In this document: piece by piece, positions 25,336-37,646 of the stretch | How the letters are laid out: each line of letters begins with the position of its first letter | Numbering within the stretch: position 1 is the stretch's first letter | Assembly (NCBI GenBank): GCA_013239625.1 | Contig: MU053873.1 | Location: forward strand, 2,122,524 to 2,186,523 | Direction: 5' to 3' | Length of the DNA: 64,000 nucleotides | Source of the DNA: Lama guanicoe | Taxonomy: Eukaryota | The notes under the pieces: generated by a model | What the model was told of the DNA's origin: nothing | What the model saw: only the letters and a program-made list of their open reading frames with translations | Database searches by the model: none | Position numbers and translations under genes: made by a program

Positions 25336-26369
25336 AGGCCCACGGATGTGAGGCACTGAGGAGGAACTTTCCGGTATCTCTCCACCGAGGAATCCTCCCT
25401 TCCTTCAACAAATCTCCACAGTGTGCCAGGCCTTGTGCCAGTCTGAAGGTTTCTATGGTGATGGTAGCCTGGTTCCTGCCCTTGGCATCTCACGGTCCAG
25501 GACACAAATTAGTGTAGGAAGTTTACAGCGCAGGGTGAGAGGGGCAAGATGGAGGATGAGCAGAGAGTCAGAGAGGGCTTCCTGGAGGAGGAGGCATCAG
25601 CACTGGTCTTGAAAGGTGACAAGTAAGAGTTGTCCATGCTGAGAAGAGAGGAAAGGCATTTGAGACTGGTGCAGGGGGCACAGCTTGGGCATAGGCCAAG
25701 AGGTGAGCCCGTGGGGAATTTTTGAGGATGCTGGGTTGGAAACGGGGGTGGGGGGTGGGGGGGAGGGCTGGTGTGTGGTTCTGAGAGTAGGCCTCTCCAG
25801 ATTCCAATCTTAAAAGCAGACATGCTTGGCCTCACTGGGTCACTGGGAAGCCCAGCGTGCCGGGGGCTGATGTGGTGGGCCCCACCTCCCTCCTCACTGA
25901 TAAGGCCTGGGAAAGGGCTGTGGGAGGAGGGCTCTTTGAGGCCCGTTTGTTGCCTGCTGGCCCCTGGCAGGGCCCCCAGCTACGATAATTGGGACTCAGG
26001 CCTGGAACAGCCCTACAATGGGCCAGTTTGGAGCCCAGCCCTCCAAACTGGGCAGGGGCATGTCCTGGAGTGGGGTCCCTGCAGTCCCCAGCAGCCCCTG
26101 AACAAAGCCAGCTTTGGGTTTTCACCCAGCTGGACGTGGGGTCTGCAGAGGGGCCTGGTCCCGATGGGGGTGTGAAATTCTTGATTAGGGCCGGCCGGGG
26201 CCTGCCCCTTCCCCGACACGGCTCTTCCTGCCCCCTCCCCACGCTGGGGGAGAGGGAGCAGCTGCACAAACACAGGCTCAGGCAGGGAGGCGGCCGGCAT
26301 GTGAGATGCTGTCTGCCCAGCAGCCCCACACCCCACGCTGGCGCCCACGGACGCTTTCCTGGGAGACTC

Positions 26370-26945
26370 TGCCACGTGTGCAGCACTTGTGAGTGTGTCC
26401 CATGGCCAAGGAGGGTGGGAAGGTTACCGCGTGAGTGTCTGTGCTTGCGCGTGTGGGCGGAGGCACGTGCCTAGTCTGTGGCCGCGTGTGTGGAACACAT
26501 GTTGGGATATGGGCATATCCGCTGTGTGTGCACGTGAGTGTGTAAATGCAGATGACTGGGAGCGTGCACGAGCGGCAGTGTGTGCACTAAGTCCACGCAC
26601 ATGTATGCGCGCCTGCACACAGGCAGTTGTGGACGTGCACATGCAAACACCAGAGGTGTGGCACGTACGCACACGCGTGATGGCACGTGTGCGTAAGAAG
26701 TGGACCCCATGTGTGCCGCACGTGTGATCGCTTTGGGGGTGTGTGTGTATAAGTTAGGCTGTGTGCATGCGCATGCGTGTGTGAGTGGGATGGCCCATGT
26801 GCGTGGAAGGCATAGGTGTGTGATTGCATTTTCTGTGTGTGCATAAGGTATGGGTGCACGTGGGTGCATGTGTGAGATTGCGTTGGTCTGTGTCTGTGTG
26901 TATGTAGAAATTATGGGGGGGTGTGTGTGTGATGTGCTTGCACTG
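26370..26945 (+). repeat. TG/CA-rich degenerate alternating purine-pyrimidine tract
   Basis: About 570 bp dominated by gtgt/gcac/gcgt; six CACGTG copies. Confidence 0.75.
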
Positions 26946-27729
26946 CAAGGAGAAGGGGCTTGTTTGGAATGTCATGGCAGGTGAGGGTCTGAGTCGGGGT
27001 TCAGGGTCCGAGTGACAACCTCTTGGAATGTCCCCTGCCTCCCTGGATGCCTCCTGCCTGTTCCCCACTCCCAGCCGCTAGCATCTCCCCCAAGGCCGCA
27101 GTTCCTCCCTCTGGCTCGTCCTCCATGGCTGCGTTCCTCAGAGGGAATGCTTTGTTTTCCCTTCAAGTCCATCCTTCTATAATTGTTTCCATGTATTTCC
27201 CTTGATTTGCAGTTTGCATTTCTTCTCTGCCCAACTCCGCTCCGCTGCCCAGGACCTAGCTCAGTTCCAGGACCACAGATGGAGGGCCCGTCAGCTGGGC
27301 CAGGCGACGAGGCTAGGTGAGGACCATGGGGCACCAGGCACCAGGTCACCAATGCCTCTTCAGTCTCCAAGCCCTCCTAAGTCTGCTGGAAGGCTCAGAC
27401 TTTTATATGAAGCAGCAGGACCCTGGGATTCATTACATCCTCTGCTTAGACAACATGTGTGCCTGAGGCTCACAGAAGTTGGGTGACTGACAGAGCCCTC
27501 GGGAACCCCAGCCAGGATGGGAACCCAAATCTGACTTCCTAATCCATGCCCCGTCACGCCTCGTGGACCCCCTTCCCTGCACCCTTCCCGGCCAGGCCAC
27601 CCTTTCTCCATTGGACCTTCTTCTCCAGCAAAGGGGGAGGATTCGGGAGGAGTCTGCCGTCCTCCAGGTGAAAATGGAGACCGAGGGAAATTTATACGAT
27701 TCCACTTTCCACTTCTTTCTGGATCCCTC

Positions 27730-27980
27730 ATCGAGCCAGTAATGTATTCCCCCTTCTTGCTAACACACTTTTTAAAATGTTAATAGACTGTAAATTACTT
27801 TTCTTTTTATACTTCTTAAAATAAGCGTTTCCTCTTGTAGATGGCAAGGCGACACTGGAGTTCCGGGCTTGGTTTTATTACTGTCGAGATGAGATGGACT
27901 GGAGAGAGCTCATACAGCTTTTATAGGGACTATTTTATTTATAAGAATTTTCCTAATGTCAGATGGATGTGACATGCCTG
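27730..27980. promoter_or_regulatory. Candidate enhancer/CNE
   Basis: AT-rich unique island with gtaaattac, ttttattac and ctattttatttata motifs. Confidence 0.3.
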
Positions 27981-28039
27981 GTTTCCTTCTGCCCAGTTGT
28001 GAGAGAAGATGGGAATTTAGCATGGCCAGGGCCCGGGCC

Positions 28040-28400
28040 AACATTTCTTCACCTTGGAGACTCCAGAATTGTAGAAGGAATCTGTTCTTTAGCAGCTCAA
28101 GTGCAATTTTCTTTCAGTTTCTACTTGCACACTTCTAGTGATGGGGAACTCACTTCCTACCAAGACAGCCAATCACCAGTGAAAGCTCCAACTTTCCTAC
28201 ATTAGTATCACTTACTGGTCCTGTCTCTGCTCTCTGGAACTAAAGAGGATCACACCCCTATCGCCACAGAACACTCAGGAGCCTCCCAGGAATTTGAAGG
28301 TGGTCACCATGGCCACCATGCCCCATTCTGGGTCTTCATTTCTCTGCATGCGGTAGCTCCCTGGCTCTTTAAATATTTCCCCCTCACTTCATCGTCTCAC
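28040..28400 (-). mobile_element. L3/CR1 LINE fragment
   Basis: ttgcacacttctagtgatggggaactcacttcctaccaagacagccaatc is the reverse complement of the CR1 ORF2 C-terminal region. Confidence 0.6.
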
Positions 28401-28478
28401 CCATCCTCCAAAACGTATTCAGAATTTTTTTCTCCAAGGTCAGAAGGACTATTTTAGCTTCTCTTAGTTACCAAAACC

Positions 28479-28750
28479 AGTATTTCCCATTAGCAGTACT
28501 GGAAAATCCCAATTCTGGTCATGTTGGTAAGGACTGCATGCTCAAATGAATTTTGGGATTGCTGGCCTAAAGAAATAGAAACAGATTCCTTTGCAGCAGG
28601 ACTTATCAGAGCCTTTATATGATAAATATACATGGTGACTCTCCAAAGTGAGTACAACAGGCAGCATATTACAAACTGAAGTGACCGGAACCATGGATTT
28701 GTGAAAGACATCCCAGAGGGTATGTGTACCCAAAACTGTTTAGAAATGCT
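28479..28750. mobile_element. hAT-Charlie MITE (MER103C-like; subfamily uncertain)
   Basis: cagtatttcccat ... aaacagattcctttgcagcaggacttatcagagcctttatat ... tgaccggaacc ... tttagaaatgct with quasi-inverted ends. Confidence 0.65.
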
Positions 28751-30099
28751 CCAGGGTGGTGAATTTCAAACAAAAGAACAGTGCCCGTGAACTCATGGAA
28801 AACCAGTGTGTTGGTACTGGCATAGCAATTTCCGATGGTGGTTTCTGCTTTACTGTGGCTGCCTCAGAATGGCGCTAGTGGCAGTCAACGCAAGGATGGA
28901 GGATTCTCAGCATGGCGGTGGGCACCTTGCCTCCCCCGCTTCCAGGTTCAGTTTTCCTGTTATGAATAATGAACCAGGTAAATCTGATAGCCTTTCATGG
29001 TCACCTCTAAGCTCTGACCTTCTGGGAAGCTACGGTTTGGGGCAGGTGAGTCTGGGCTCACGGGGCAAGTCATGTTAGAAAAGGTACCCAGCTCTGTCAT
29101 GTATTACCTATGGGACCTTGACAATGACTTTGCCTCTCTGACCTTCCGACTCCTCATCTATGATCTGTGATTTATTTCAGAGCCTTCTTTCCAGGGCAGG
29201 TGGAGCCCAAGCCCTGGCACAGAGGAAATGCTTGAGAAATGCCAGAGGATCATTCACAGCTTTTAAAAGACCCCATCTGGTGTCATCTCCTTTGGAGCAT
29301 CCTTACTCTAGCCAGGCTCAACTTCCTGCATCTCCTCAAATGTGCCAAGCCTGCCCTTGCCTCAGGGCCTTTGCACACACTGCCTTTTCTGCTTGGAACA
29401 CACTTTCAGGCTGTATCCCTGTGGTGCATGATAGATGCTCAATAAATAATGCCTGAACTGCTGTGAGGTGAAGGTCCGGACATATCTTCCCCTCCCCGAG
29501 GCCACCCAGCTCATGCCCACAGACTAGCAAGGCCTGAAATCTGCTCTTGTCCTGCCTTGACAGAGCAAGAAGGCCCTTGCACGCATCCACCCACAAATGC
29601 CTGTTAGAACAGCATTCAGGAAGCTCTGGGGCAGGAAGGACGTTGGCTGGGGGTTGGCAGTCGCACACCCTGGCCACCCAGCCCAGCCCACGGCCCCTGC
29701 CAAGTGCAGGTGATGTGATCAGGGCAGACTGCCGGTCCGTTCTCCAGGTGCCCGTGCTCGCCACCAACTTAATCAATCTTGAACAATTGGCCACAGGCTT
29801 GTTTCCTTCAAAGTGATGTTACCTCTAATTATCTGCGACAGGATGAGATGCAGGCCCCTTAGTCTCCCTTTTCAGCTCATCAGAGCACGTGCGGGCACCA
29901 TGGCTGGGATAATTGTATCTTCTTTAAACCAACAGGCTGGAAGAGGGTGATCTGGCCTCCTAACAAGAGTCCAGAAGGCCAAGCTGGGGCATCCGCCAGG
30001 ATCAGGGCAGTGTCTATGTCCCCAAAGGCTCTGCTCGCCCAGACGTCACCTGCCATTGATCTGTCACATACCTGATACTCCACGGTTTGGTTGCATCTT

Positions 30100-30305
30100 T
30101 GGGTTGAGAGCCTGATGGCCTCTGTTCAAACTTCAGCTGGGTCACTTTTGAGCTGTGTGATCCTGGCCAAGTTGCTTAACCTCTCTATGCCTCAGTCCCT
30201 TAGTTTCACCATCTGTAAAATGGAGGTACCAGTCGTATCTCGTGGTTGTATGTCGAAGAGTGCCTGGCACACAGTAGGTGCTGTGTCAGTGTGGCCACTC
30301 TTACT
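30100..30305 (+). mobile_element. MIR SINE
   Basis: agctgtgtgatcctggccaagttgcttaacctctctatgcctcagt...catctgtaaaatggagg...agtgcctggcacacagtaggtgct. Confidence 0.85.
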
Positions 30306-32009
30306 GTCAAGGGCCCTTTTTGGGAGTTTGTGGGCAGAGTAGTGAGGGGAATTTTATGACGGCTTTACATTGGGAATTATATTTTTAAGTTAACCTTTTA
30401 ACCCTCTTCCTGCCCTGTCCATCCCCTATGCCGTAGGGGACAGTGGCCATCTCTGCAAAGAGCCAGACTCCTTTATCTCTCAGGTTCATGGTGAAGGATG
30501 TCCCGGTTAACCTCTGCCCCACGTCGCGTATAGCCCTATGCCGGGGGATGGCACCAGCGGGGCCCTTAAGAACCATGGATGCTGCTTCTGCTTTTAGACC
30601 TCAGAACAGGAGGCGGGGTGTGTGTTGGGATGGAAAACACTGCTCCAAAAAGACAGGGTTGAGGTAAGGAAGATAATTTTCTCCATCTTCCACAACGTTC
30701 CTGCCCACCACGCCCTCCTCTCGCACCTTCATCCACACCGGTCCCTGCCCACCTCCCACCCCCAGAGGCCCGCATGCGGGGCACACCAGCCAGCCCCTGT
30801 GCAAATCCAGCCAGGATGATCCCTGCCCTGGCAGACAGACGTCTCCTAATCATTAAACAAGCGTCAGTTTGTTGAGCCGGAGGGGCCCTTGATGACAGGG
30901 CTAGAACTTTTTGGGACGAAAGCACTTTGTTTCCAGGGCAAGTGTGGCTCAGTTGCCCTGGGAATCAAATATGTTCTCAGCCTCACTCCCTGCAGGGCCC
31001 ACAGGACGCCAGTCACGGAAGGAGGAGGCAGCGTGGGTGCGTCCAGCTTCTGGGGCGGTGCAGGCGGGCAGCTCAAGGAGTCTCGAGACCCGAATGAGAG
31101 AGAGCAAAATCAATAGCAACGACAGTAATAATAATGACGAAACGCCTGTTGACTGAGGGCTTACTTTGTACCGGGCACCGTAGAAGCATCTGATGTGCTC
31201 AGCCCGTCAAAGAAGAAATTTTCTACCACTTCCAATTTGTAGAAGGAGAAATTAGGCTCAGGAGGAGAGCGACTGGTCCCCCCTCACCTCCCCTCCCAAG
31301 TGCAGGAGCCATCAAAGCCCAGGCCAGTCTGGGTCAAGTTCATGGGTTTCAGCCTGGTGGTCACTCTTTCTCCATCTGTCCCGGACTTCGGCAGTGACTC
31401 GCTGAGCCCCGTGGGTGTTGGTGCAGACGGCTCCGCCCCAGGGCAGCCCCCTGTGTGTGGGCGAGTGGGGGGCATGCATGCCCCGTGTGTGGGTGACATT
31501 CACCCACTGTGGGTCTCCCCCCATTCTTGTGCCAGCAGAACATGTGCAGGTTCAAATGTATGTGGAATTCACGTATGTTCCCGGGATACAAGGCTCAGTC
31601 AGTTCTCACAACTCCTCGAGCTCCTGGCCCGGTACCTGGTGCACAGTGGGCCCATATAAAGCGTTTGTTGAATGACTGACCGTCAGTGCAGGCCCAAGTG
31701 TGTGCGGCCCTGAGTACCTGCAGGCCCCTATGGGCACACACACGCATGGGTGGGGACACACACATGGGGCTCGAGGTGTGGGTGGGCTTCAACTCGTTCT
31801 TGCATGAATTTGTTTATGCATCTCTATACGGCCCCCCCCGAGACATAATACTTAATACCTGAAGGAAAATACTTTCTACTTAGATTTGTGTCACCCAGAG
31901 GGGTCATTAAAAAATGTGTAGGGGTGAGGCTAAGGTCATACTGATCTGTGTTGGACACCTGGCTCCTGAAGATTCTAGCTTTGAAGGATGAATCTGCAGG
32001 TCTGCCCCA

Positions 32010-32580
32010 ATTATTCATTCATTCAACAAATATTAATTAGGAACCTATGTACCCAGCACTGGTAGGTGTTGGTTGGGGCGGGGGCAGAGATTAAAGGAGA
32101 CAAGGTCCCTGCACTCTTGCTTCTCACAACCTTACAGAGGAGACAGGCATGAACTAAGGTACTGCCTCAGTTATAATTCCAGCCAGCCAAGGGCAGGTTG
32201 GGGGGGAACTGAGAATGTCCAAGGGGAGGATGAGGTTAGAGAGGACAGAAGGGCTTCCCTGAGGAAGTGGTACTCCACCTGGAGTCTGAAGGATGAATTA
32301 GATATAAGCAAGGGAAACAGGGAGCGAAAAACATTGAGGCCAGTGGGGACAGCATGTGCAAAGGGCCTGTGGTTGGCAAAAGCCTGGTGAGGGTGACCCC
32401 TGAGAGGAGGAGGTCCCATGTGTCGGGAGGGAGGGGCAGTGTGGTGGGGGGTGTGGCAGGGGTAGTCCTTGTGGCTCCAGTGGAGTTTGGCCCTTTACTC
32501 TAAGACCCCCCAAACCATGAAAGCTTTAAGGAAAGATGTGATAGTCTCAGATCTGGGTTTCTGAAGGCTCCCTCTGGCTA
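32010..32580 (-). mobile_element. L2 LINE 3' fragment
   Basis: attcattcattcaacaaatattaattaggaacctatgtacccagcactg...ggggacagcatgtgcaaagggcctgtgg. Confidence 0.8.
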
Positions 32581-32739
32581 CCCCACACCTGGGCGGGCTG
32601 TGGCCTCAGGATTGGGGGGTGCAGCTGAGACTTCTATGTCAACCGGTCCTGCCCAGGGCACCCCCAAGGGGAGGCTGGGGCCTGTACAGCCTGTTGGGAG
32701 GCAGGGAGCCCAGAGCCTCCCTCACCCCCAAGCTGGTGG

Positions 32740-32870
32740 GCTCATTTACATGATCCCAGCTTAATTCTCCCAGGGTATGCAAATGTATGCAAACCACGAT
32801 CCAGGAGAGGCAAAAATAGCAGGGCGCATTAGCATCCCCCACAGGAATATTGTTTTATGCAAACGAAGTG
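32740..32870. promoter_or_regulatory. Cluster of four octamer/POU-like sites
   Basis: ATGCAAAT 32777-32784, ATGCAAAC 32787-32794, ATTAGCAT 32828-32835, ATGCAAAC 32857-32864. Confidence 0.45.
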
Positions 32871-33099
32871 CTTGGGGCTTGCTGAGTGGGCGGAAATGGA
32901 AGAGGCCAGTGAGTCTGCCCCCTTTGCCCTTCGAGGCCCTGGCCTGGCCCCTGCTGCCAGGGGAGGCTCCAGGGTGCAGGGGAAGGTGGTGGACGGAGGG
33001 CCTGGCTGCCCAGTGTCCAGGGCCCAGGCAGGGTCTTCAGGATGGAAGGACCACTGACCTCAGGGCCACCTCTGTCCTGCTCTGGCCTCCACCCTCTGA

Positions 33100-33600
33100 C
33101 TGTCTTGTCTTGACCCACCCCCCCAGTCTCCCCCTCCTCTGCTCTCTGGACCATCTCACCTTCTTCTTTGCTTCTGTCTGATCTTTTCTCCCCTCGTCTC
33201 AGCATCCTCCAGCCCTTCCTTGGCCATGGAGGCTTCTCTCTGCCCAACCTCCTGGTCCCTTCCCCCGAGAATTCGCTCTGGGGGCCTTCTCTTGGTACTT
33301 GTCTCTCTGGGCCTCCATCTCCAACCCGTCTCTGTCTCTGTGACTTCCTGTCCCTTTGTCCTCATCTGTCTCTGAGATTTTCTGTCTCTCCTTGTCTCTG
33401 TCTCTCTCCGCTTCTGTCTGTTTCTCATGATACGCATCTTTCCTGTCTGGTCCTTCTGGCTCTGCTGGTCCCTCTCTGTTTTGTTTGAATGTGTTTCTCT
33501 CTCTGTCTTCCTGTCTCCCTTGTTGTCTTCCTGTCGCTGCCTCCACACCACCTCTGGTCTCTCTACTTCGTGATTTTTCTGTGCCTTTTTCTCTGTAGTC
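33100..33600 (+). repeat. Pyrimidine-rich (CT/CTGT) low-complexity tract
   Basis: tctctgtctctgtg...ctgtctctccttgtctctgtctctctcc; explains the Arg/Glu-rich minus-strand ORFs. Confidence 0.7.
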
Positions 33601-34859
33601 CTCACGCCAGCATCGTCTTCCTCCAGGGGGTCCAGAAGACCATTCTGGGACATGCGGCAGCATCTCCAAGCTCAGGTCTGGTCCAGGGACCCCTGCACAC
33701 ACCTCCAAGTTCCAATGGGCACCAGACCCCTGACTAAAGCCCAGTTAAGCCAGCTATGGATTCTGCTCCGGACAGCTTGGGGGTTTGGGGAAGGGGCTGG
33801 ATCTTCCCAGATCCCTGGAGGCCTAGATCTAGCCTGGGTCTGGTCATGCTGGCCGGACGTTGCCTGAGACTGGGGTACTGGGGAGAGAGGGCAGAAATCA
33901 GCCAAATTCTCTCTGGGCAGGAAAAAGTTCTAGCAGTAGACACTCCCCAGCTGTGGGACCTCTACCCATGGCTTCCTCTTTCTGAGCCTCAGTTTCCATC
34001 TCTTTAAAATGGGTTGATACTAGCATCCAGGCCTCGGTCTTGGGGTGGGAGTGGCCAGCTTGGCATCATTTATGAGGTGTGGCGCTTAGTAAATATTACC
34101 TGCTACTGTTATCATTATCCTTATCGCTCCCGGAGTTCCCCTAAAGCTCCCTGTGCCTCGGCGTCCACGTCTGGAAAATGGGGAGAATAGTTTTCACATC
34201 ACTGGGTGGTTGTGAGAATGGGAGGAGATGGTTGCAAACTAGGTACACAGTACATGTTCAATAAAAGGACTGTTTTTTTCTTTCTTCCTTCTCAGAGTAG
34301 CTATGTGGTTTTGGCAAAGCGCCCGTCCCTCTCTGGGCCTCGGTTTTCTCATCTGGGATGAGAGCAGCACTGAGTTTTCAGTGCTTTCAGACCTGGTTTT
34401 GCCCTCTCTGAGGTCTTTTGGTCAAACTGGACTGGACTGCGGTTCATGGGGTGGCTGCCAGTTGGTGGCAACTCCACAGTGCCACCAAGTGGCCATCCAG
34501 GTCACCATGCTGCAGGCTCCCGGGGTCTGGGGCTGGGGGCAGGGGTGGGCCTGACCTCTGTGACCTCCACAGAGCCCTCAGGAGGGGAAGAGACCACCTA
34601 AGGGCACACTGTCAGGAGTTCTGGGTTGTGGTCCTGGAGCGGTCTCTGACTTGCTGGGTGACCTTGGGTCAGTGCATCCTCCTCTCTGAGCCACGCTTTC
34701 TTTCCCACATCAGATGGAAGCTTCCTCCAGCATCCATGACCTCCAACCTCATGGCTGGCCTAAGGCTACACTACCTTGAGAGTTCACAATTTTGTTAGAC
34801 GCCAGTGTTATGAGCAAACAACAACAGTGGCCATGATAATACTAGTAAATCATCATTAA

Positions 34860-35190
34860 TAATGAGCGTTTCTAGGTCCAGCCTTACACTAAGCATTTGG
34901 GTTCACAGTTTAGTGGGGAGACACACAGCGAGCAAAGAAAACACCGAGGAATGCAAACTCGGGAACTATTATGAGATCTAAGGGAAAAGAACAGGGAACA
35001 GTGACAGAGAAGAGGAATGAAGGCAGGGGGATCAGGGAAAGACAGCCTGGAGAAGGTGGCATTTAAGCTGAGGCCCAAGGGAGGATTAGGAACCTCCAAA
35101 GGGTGGAGTGTGGAGGCCGCGGTAACAGCCTGTGCAAAGGTCCTGTGGCAGCGACAAGCTTGCCCCATCTAGAAAGTGACAGGAGGCCTA
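34860..35190 (-). mobile_element. L2 LINE fragment
   Basis: gatcagggaaagacagcctggagaaggtggcatttaagctgaggcccaagg...gtaacagcctgtgcaaaggtcctgtggc. Confidence 0.7.
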
Positions 35191-35980
35191 TGGTAGTCCT
35201 TGAGCACAGGACTCGCTCCACACCTCCAGATTCCCACTGAGGTTCGACTGAGAAAATCTCCAGAAAGCTTTAAAGAAAGACCTATGCCCAGGCCCTGCCT
35301 AGGGCAATCCTATTAGATTCTTTGTAGAGCGTGCTCGCACAGGTAATTATTTTAATCCTTTGGGTGATTCGAAAGACAGACTGGAGATCCTTCAGACTTC
35401 AAGGCTGGGGACTTGCTAAACTCTCTTGCCCCCATGGCTGGGGGCTGAGCAGGGAGGAGGGCTCCCCTTGAGGGTAACATTTATCAATATTTTCCCTTTT
35501 ATAGGCCCAGCTCTGCCCCCTTGGATGAGTCTGTATGTGGGACCCTGGCTTATCGCACAAATGCATGTGACCACGGATCTGATGAGTTAACCTTAAGGGG
35601 TAATATTTGCACTCTAACAACCCGCACAGAGCTAGGTTTGCTCCCCCAAAGGGGTACCCAAACAGGGAGGCCTTGGGCAGGCCCCTCGGAGCTGTGCCCA
35701 GGCCCGTCTGCCTCTGGCCATCACTGGCCCCTGGGACTGCCTGGCTGGAGGGAGAGACTCAGGCCACATCTGAGCTGGGGGCGGGGAGAGAGCCAGATAG
35801 AGGGGCACTCCACCCACCCTGGGGGTAATCACCGCTGTTAACTCTATGTAGCCCCATTCAGGCCTGGCACATGGGGTCACCCCCCGAGAGGAGGAAGGAT
35901 CCAAGCCCACTCCATCGCTTGCTAGCTGTGCAGCCTGGGGGAGCTTTGTTTCCCCATCTGTTAAGTGAGTTCACAGATCA

Positions 35981-36613
35981 TAGTAGTTTTTCTAGGACTG
36001 CCGTAACAATGCTCCACAGCCTGGGTGGCTTTAACAACAGAACCTCATGTTCTCACAGTTCACTCAGCTGGAAGTCCAAGGCCAAGGTGTCGGCAGGGTG
36101 GCTAGCTCTTCGGAGGCCTCTCTCCTTGACTTGTAGGTGGTCACCTCTGCCTCTGTCTCTGTCTTCACAGGGTCCTTCCTCTGAGAATGTGTCCTAATCT
36201 CCTTTTCTTCTTTTTAAAAAATTTTTTTTTAAATTCTTATTTTTATTTTTAATTGAAACTTAAATTCTTTTCCTTTAAAGGTTTTTTTGGAGCGGGAGGT
36301 AATTAAGTTTATTTATTTATTTTTAATGGAGGTACTGGAGTTTGAACCCAGGAGCTTGAGCATGCTAAGCACGTGCTCTCCCACTGAGCTGTACCCTCCC
36401 TGCCCAATCTCCTCCTCTTAACAAGGACACCAGCGTCTTGGATTAGGGCTCACTCCAATAACCTTATTTTAACTTGTTTGCCTCTGTAAAGACACTATCT
36501 CCAAATTCAGTCATATTCTGAGCTACCAGGGGTTAGGATTTCCACATGATATGGATATGAATTTTACAGGGACACACTATGAATTTGCTGGGAGCACAGT
36601 TCAGCCCAGAACA
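35981..36613 (-). mobile_element. MLT1B/C-like solo LTR interrupted by a SINE
   Basis: ctaggactgccgtaacaatgctccacagcctgggtggctttaacaacagaa...[SINE]...aaggacaccagcgtcttggattagggctcac...gtcatattctgagctaccaggggttagga. Confidence 0.85.
36210..36405 (-). mobile_element. tRNA-derived camelid SINE (vic-1-like)
   Basis: Minus strand reads GGGAGGGTACAGCTCAGTGGGAGAGCACGTGCTTAGCATGCTCAAGCTCCTGGGTTCAAACTCCAGTACCTCC (A and B boxes) then (TAAA)n and an A-rich tail; flanked by aatctccttttctt (36196-36209) / aatctcctcctctt (36406-36419), 12/14 identical. Confidence 0.85.
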
Positions 36614-36734
36614 ATACTGGAGCATTCACCTTGGAGGGGTGGTGGCGGCCCTTTGAGAACTGCCCGTCTGTCTGCAGCAAACATCTTGGGGGTGAGGGCG
36701 AGGGTGAGGCATCAGGCACCATGCCCTTCCTTCC

Positions 36735-37200
36735 AGGTGTCTGTTGCTGCATAACAGACCATCCCGAAACCTCCAATAATGATTTTTATTCGGTTCATGG
36801 ATCTGTGAGATGGGCAGGGTTCAGCACGGAGAGCTGGCCTCTGCTTCATGGGGTGGGCTCCAAGTCTGAGAGTGGGAAACTGCAGAAGTCTTGTCGGCTC
36901 ACACACATGTGGTTGACATCAGATGGGGGCCTGTGGGCTGAGACTTTGGCTGGGGCTGGTGGGTGAAACACCTGCACACGGCCGCCTGCTCCCATCATGG
37001 TCTGGGCTTCCCCACAACATGGCGGCCAGGTTTCCAGGGCCAATGTCCACATTGCCTTCCACGACCTCGTCTCAGAAGTCACTCCACGTCTGCTGCGTTC
37101 TGCACAGTCCACGCGGTTGCCAAGACCTACCCACTTCCAAAGGGAGGGAAATTAGCCTGCCCTTCCTGTTTAGCGAGTTCTGAAAATGTTGCTGGAGTCA
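36735..37200 (-). mobile_element. MLT1F/G-like solo LTR
   Basis: tctgttgctgcataacagaccatcccgaaacc...gggcttccccacaacatggcggccagg...cacattgccttccacgacctcgtctcagaagtcac. Confidence 0.75.
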
Positions 37201-37646
37201 TTTTTTTTGGGAAAACACAATTTGCTCTAATTACAGATGAGGCCGACAAAGCTCAGAGGAGGAAGGACTGCCCAGGCCCACACAGCATAGGATGCCCACC
37301 CTCCTCCCCTCATCCCAGAGGGCCCCTTGGAATGTGTCCACCCCCTGGAGTGGGGGGGACAGCGAGGTGGCCTTCCTTCCCCGGGCCCCACACAAAGGCC
37401 TGTAGCTCAGCCTCCATCTGGCTTGTGGGATGGATTTGTCACTGGAGGAAAATAACTGATTTTCTGCTTATTTTTTCTTAGCTCCTTATTCACATGTTGC
37501 CCAGCGGGGAGTAATCAGGGCTCTGTGGTCCTCCTGGCTTGCTTAATGCAGCCAAGACCCCTCCCTCCTCTCCCCTCCCGCTTCTCTCTCATTTGTTCCT
37601 CCCTGAGTTTCTCTCTTCTCTCTCCAGGCTTCTCCCTCTCTCTCCC

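Noticed and set aside
27757..27850. Possible splice acceptor (tgctaac branch point ... ttcctcttgtag|ATGGC)
   Set aside because: No convincing downstream donor or reading frame; such motifs are frequent by chance.
33156..33708. Arg/Glu/Thr-rich minus-strand ORFs
   Set aside because: They are translations of a (GA/GACA)-rich low-complexity strand.
36325..36400. tRNA gene
   Set aside because: The tRNA-like head is followed by an A-rich tail and flanked by a target-site duplication, so it is a SINE.
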